In this document: positions 57,730 to 61,776 of the stretch, piece after piece
Position numbering within the stretch: position 1 is the stretch's first letter
Layout: the number at the start of each line of letters is the position of its first letter
Source of the DNA: Candidatus Omnitrophota bacterium
GTDB taxonomy: Bacteria > Omnitrophota > Gorgyraeia > Zapsychrales > Fredricksoniimonadaceae
NCBI GenBank assembly: GCA_903944345.1
Contig: CAJARJ010000003.1
Span: 1-61,776, forward strand
Direction of reading: 5' to 3'
Length of the DNA: 61,776 nt
Notes under the pieces: generated by a model
Told to the model about the DNA's origin: nothing
The model's database searches: none
Seen by the model: the letters and a program-made list of their open reading frames with translations, nothing else
Made by a program: the position numbers and the translations under genes

Positions 57730-58698
57730 GTGATTGTAGTAACGGGCGGGGCTGGATTTATTGGCAGTTGTCTTTTGGCCAGGCTTAATGAGCTGGGTAT
57801 GGGGGAAATTATTGTCGTAGATCATCTCGATGATCAGGGACTCAAGAAGGAGAATCTTGCCCGGAAGCGATATCGCGCTTTTTATGACAAGCAGGACTTT
57901 CTGGAGAAAATACGCCGGGACGAATTGTTGCAGGAGGTGTCCTGCGTTTTTCATATGGGAGCGTGTTCCTCGACAACTGGCACTGATCGGGATTATTATA
58001 TCAGGAATAATTTTGAATATTCCTGTGAGGTTGCCCGCTGGGCGCTGAACAAAGGGGCACGTTTTATTTATGCCAGTTCAGCTGCAACTTATGGTGATGG
58101 CGATCAGGGGTATTGCGATGATCCCTCTTTAATTAGCCAGCTGAGACCTCTGAATTATTACGGAGAATCAAAGCAGTTGTTTGATGAGTGGATAATGGCG
58201 CAAGGACTTTATGGTCAGGTGGCTGGACTCAAGTTTTTTAATGTATATGGCCCTAATGAAATGCACAAGGGCGATATGCGCAGTGTTATTGCCAAGGCTT
58301 ATGAGAAGGTTGTCGCCGAAGGGGTCATGATTCTTTTTAAATCAGACCGCCCGGATTATGCTGATGGAGAGCAGAAAAGGGATTTTATTTATGTCAAAGA
58401 TGTTGTTTCGGTTATGATCTATTTAATGAGGAATACCGCTATTAATGGTATTTTCAACCTTGGTACTGGCCAGGCAAGAACCTGGAATGATCTGGCCTTG
58501 GCTTTGTTTGCTGCGGCGGGGAAACCGCCCAGAATAGAATATGTGGCTATGCCGTCACATTTGCGCAATCGTTACCAATATTTTACCCAGGCTCAGATGG
58601 GGCGATTGCGGCAGGCCGGGTATACAGATGAGTTCATGCCCCTCGAGCAGGCGGTGAGGGATTATGTATTGTATCTTTCCAGTGGTTCCCGTTGGTGA
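57730..58698 (+). CDS. hldD: ADP-L-glycero-D-manno-heptose 6-epimerase
   Basis: GTG start 5 nt after AAGGAGG gives (M)IVVTGGAGFIGS. YASSAATYG and NYYGESK are also present. Upstream in-frame starts (57688/57706) lack an RBS. Confidence 0.9.
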   Translation: MIVVTGGAGFIGSCLLARLNELGMGEIIVVDHLDDQGLKKENLARKRYRAFYDKQDFLEKIRRDELLQEVSCVFHMGACSSTTGTDRDYYIRNNFEYSCEVARWALNKGARFIYASSAATYGDGDQGYCDDPSLISQLRPLNYYGESKQLFDEWIMAQGLYGQVAGLKFFNVYGPNEMHKGDMRSVIAKAYEKVVAEGVMILFKSDRPDYADGEQKRDFIYVKDVVSVMIYLMRNTAINGIFNLGTGQARTWNDLALALFAAAGKPPRIEYVAMPSHLRNRYQYFTQAQMGRLRQAGYTDEFMPLEQAVRDYVLYLSSGSRW

Positions 58699-58716
58699 TC
58701 CAATAAGGAGGCGTTT

Positions 58717-59652
58717 ATGCCGATTATTATTTTTTTAGCCAGCATGCTGGTTATAGCCTTGGGCGGTTTGGCGTGGCTTTTTTCCAAGGCAGGCAGGGAA
58801 CTTTCGGATACCAGGTCGGCCAAGCCTCTGCAAGTGGAAGATGTTTTTTCTTCTTCAGCACCGGTTGTCCAGGTGCCTGGAGGGAACCTTGTGGACGCAT
58901 CTGAAGAGAATTCCGCTTTGAAGGAAGAGATCAGGGTTCTAAAGGATGAAGCGGCTGCCCAAGCCTCGAGCTCGCTGGAGATTATTACCCAACTCAGGGA
59001 ATTAAGCGAGCGACTGCAGTCCGAGCTTGACGTTGCGGCAAAAACGGCCTTGGAAAGAGGTTCGGCTGATCAGGAAAGTCTTAAGCATTTCAGAGCGGAG
59101 AGTGTTGCTTTTCAGGAGGCCGTTGCCGAGAAAGAGCAGGAAATTTCCCGACTGAAGGATGAATTATTGTTGCTGGAAAGGATGAATTCTTCGGAGGAGG
59201 TTGCAAAAATACCTGCTCTGCAAAAAGAGTTGCAAGAAGTTCTTTCCAGTAAAGAGGGTATGGAAAGTCGGATTGGGGGGCTTGAGCGAGCCTTGTCGGA
59301 GCAGGAAGAGAAGGCTTCTGCCTTGCAGTATGAACTGACCAAAAGCCGGGCACAGGCTGCCGGGTTGGAGCGGGTTTGTGCGAACTCCAATCGACAGGTT
59401 GAGGATCTTTCCCGGCAGATACGGGATATAAATATAGATAATGATGAGTTGCGTCGCCGGGCCGGATTTCTTGGGCGGAGTATGGATGATTTCAAGCGTT
59501 TGAATATGGAACTTCTCAAGCGAGAGAAGTTGTCGCGTTTCGAAGAAGAAAAAAACCGGGAGCAGGTCAGGGAGATCGAGCGTATTTACGACGGTGTTCT
59601 TGCGCGTCTAAGTGCTGCGGGATTGAAAGAAGAGGACTTAATTGAAAGGTGA
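58717..59652 (+). CDS. membrane-anchored coiled-coil protein, hypothetical
   Basis: AAGGAGG RBS. An N-terminal TM span (MPIIIFLASMLVIALGGLAWLF) is followed by ~280 aa of E/L/K/R-rich, heptad-like sequence. Confidence 0.7.
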   Translation: MPIIIFLASMLVIALGGLAWLFSKAGRELSDTRSAKPLQVEDVFSSSAPVVQVPGGNLVDASEENSALKEEIRVLKDEAAAQASSSLEIITQLRELSERLQSELDVAAKTALERGSADQESLKHFRAESVAFQEAVAEKEQEISRLKDELLLLERMNSSEEVAKIPALQKELQEVLSSKEGMESRIGGLERALSEQEEKASALQYELTKSRAQAAGLERVCANSNRQVEDLSRQIRDINIDNDELRRRAGFLGRSMDDFKRLNMELLKREKLSRFEEEKNREQVREIERIYDGVLARLSAAGLKEEDLIER

Positions 59653-59659
59653 CCGGGCT

Positions 59660-60067
59660 ATGAGGTATGTGAGTCTTTTTGTGGTTTGTGTTCTTCTGGC
59701 CGGATGTGCAAGTGTTCTGGATTCGCCTCGGTCACTGCTTGGGGTTTCAACCCGTGACCTTGAATTGAGGCGTTCGCATGCCGTTTATAAGACGTTGTCC
59801 TGTTCGGCAACGGATGCTTTTGATGCTGCTGAGGCATTTGCCATGGCAAATAAATATCTGGTTTTTCGTAAAGACCGGGCGGGACTTTTTCTGGTGTTGA
59901 TGCATATTCCCGGAGCTGTTGACACGACAGAGGTTGGAGTTTTCCTGGTTCCGCTTGATGAAGGCCGTAGTGTCCGGATCGAGGTCTCCTCACGGAGTTC
60001 TTTTGCCCGTAGAGTGGTTGCCCAGACCTTGTTTGCCGATTTTGCTGACGATTGTCAGGTCAGGTAG
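59660..60067 (+). CDS. lipoprotein, hypothetical
   Basis: MRYVSLFVVCVLLAGCASV shows a signal peptide with lipobox LLAGC. Confidence 0.65.
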   Translation: MRYVSLFVVCVLLAGCASVLDSPRSLLGVSTRDLELRRSHAVYKTLSCSATDAFDAAEAFAMANKYLVFRKDRAGLFLVLMHIPGAVDTTEVGVFLVPLDEGRSVRIEVSSRSSFARRVVAQTLFADFADDCQVR

Positions 60068-60074
60068 CGTGTCT

Positions 60075-60632
60075 ATGGATAAAGCGGGACTTGTTCAGGA
60101 CATTATTCGTACCGGAGCTTTGCTTTGGGAGAAGAATTTAGTTGTAGCGTTTAATGGGAATCTTAGTGCTCGCATGCAGGAAGGTGTTCTTTTGACTGCG
60201 ACTGGTTCCTGTTTGGGTTTTTTGACGGAAAATCATGTTGCGCATGTGGATATAAACGGAAGAACTCTTAATGGGGTCGAGCCTTCCAGCGAGAAGCTTT
60301 TGCATTTGGCTGTTTACGGGGCTTTTGCTTCGGTCAATGCTGTTCTGCACACACATACTCCTTATATAAATGCCTTCTTTCTCAAGAATACCAGCTTTGT
60401 TCCCAGGACCTTTGAGGCGGAGCGATACTTGGGGAGTGTTCAGGCTCTGGATCAGGAAGATATTAATGTTAAGGATGTCGGGCCTGTTTTGCGGGCGCTC
60501 GAACGCGGAAAAATCGTTGTTCTCCGACGTCATGGGGTGGTTTCAGTTGGTGCGGATCTTTTTGAATGTTTCGCCAGGGTGCAGTTGTTGGAAGAGCAGA
60601 TCAGGATTGAGTCGTTGGCGCGCCTTTTTTAA
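60075..60632 (+). CDS. class II aldolase/adducin-family protein
   Basis: NGNLSAR.., the SSEKLLHLAVY context and the metal-ligand context LHTHTPY. ATG 60075 is used because the track ORF start at 59919 overlaps the previous gene. Confidence 0.8.
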   Translation: MDKAGLVQDIIRTGALLWEKNLVVAFNGNLSARMQEGVLLTATGSCLGFLTENHVAHVDINGRTLNGVEPSSEKLLHLAVYGAFASVNAVLHTHTPYINAFFLKNTSFVPRTFEAERYLGSVQALDQEDINVKDVGPVLRALERGKIVVLRRHGVVSVGADLFECFARVQLLEEQIRIESLARLF

Positions 60633-60660
60633 CTTTTTTAAAGAAAACGAATAATTCCTG

Positions 60661-60689
60661 TTGACAAGAACAAAATATCGTTGTATTCT
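60661..60689 (+). promoter_or_regulatory. rRNA operon promoter P1
   Basis: TTGACA (60661-60666), 17-nt spacer, TATTCT (60684-60689). Confidence 0.6.
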
Positions 60690-60773
60690 TGCTAAGTTCT
60701 TTTTTGAAGCGTTGGTTTTTCTCGCGAGCAACTGCAGCGACAAACCACCAAAGTTCGATAGAAACAAAAACAC

Positions 60774-60802
60774 TTGACAAACAGATTTGTTTTTGGTATT
60801 CT
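60774..60802 (+). promoter_or_regulatory. rRNA operon promoter P2
   Basis: TTGACA (60774-60779), 17-nt spacer, TATTCT (60797-60802). It has the same hexamers and spacing as P1, 113 nt downstream. Confidence 0.6.
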
Positions 60803-60809
60803 TGTGACC

Positions 60810-60847
60810 CTGCTGAAGAGCAGCGAACGCTTTTTTGTTCTTTGACA
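60810..60847 (+). promoter_or_regulatory. rRNA leader boxB-like hairpin plus boxA-like antitermination element
   Basis: The CTGCT-gaag-AGCAG hairpin (60810-60823) is followed by TGTTCTTTGACA (60836-60847). That element resembles the boxA consensus TGCTCTTTAACA. Confidence 0.4.
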
Positions 60848-60887
60848 TCTTGTTATTCAATCAGCCATATTAATTTAGCCAAGTTGT

Positions 60888-61776
<889 letters not shown>

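Overview
This is a 61.8-kb, mostly single-strand (+) stretch of a bacterial chromosome. It is dominated by housekeeping genes: tgt, trmD-rplS-rnhB, fchA-folD, polA, coaE, rho, rpmE-prfA-prmC-murA, trpGDCF and trpBA, argS, recJ, rpmB, pepF, gpmA, hflKC, prmA, thyA-folA, malQ and hldD. The window ends in the 5' 890 nt of a 16S rRNA gene preceded by two tandem promoters. The 16S signatures (GGCTGCAG at the EUB338 site, CAGA/TCTG in the 785-806 hairpin, TACAGGGG after the 515 site) and a very large beta-helix-like repeat protein at the left edge suggest an uncultivated PVC/Omnitrophota-like lineage; this placement is low confidence without a search. I saw no CRISPR array, transposase, integrase or tRNA. 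Four regions look accessory or unusual. First, a segment sits between trpF and trpB, splitting the trp genes. It carries a promoter-to-terminator structured ncRNA candidate on the minus strand, a YkgJ-type Cys-cluster protein and a visibly AT-richer gene. That gene encodes a PD-(D/E)xK plus DUF2075/Schlafen-like P-loop NTPase, a candidate nucleic-acid-targeting or defence protein. Second, a tightly packed GT2 / GT-C / FemAB-like / methyltransferase / ApbE envelope-modification operon runs straight into thyA-folA. Third, a 56-aa ORF missed by the ORF track is translationally coupled to rsfS. Fourth, there are several degenerate-motif proteins: a Rossmann-less oxidoreductase homologue coupled to folD, and a REC-EAL protein with a pseudo-receiver. 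All functional calls come from reading the translations and recognising motifs. No database search or folding program was run.
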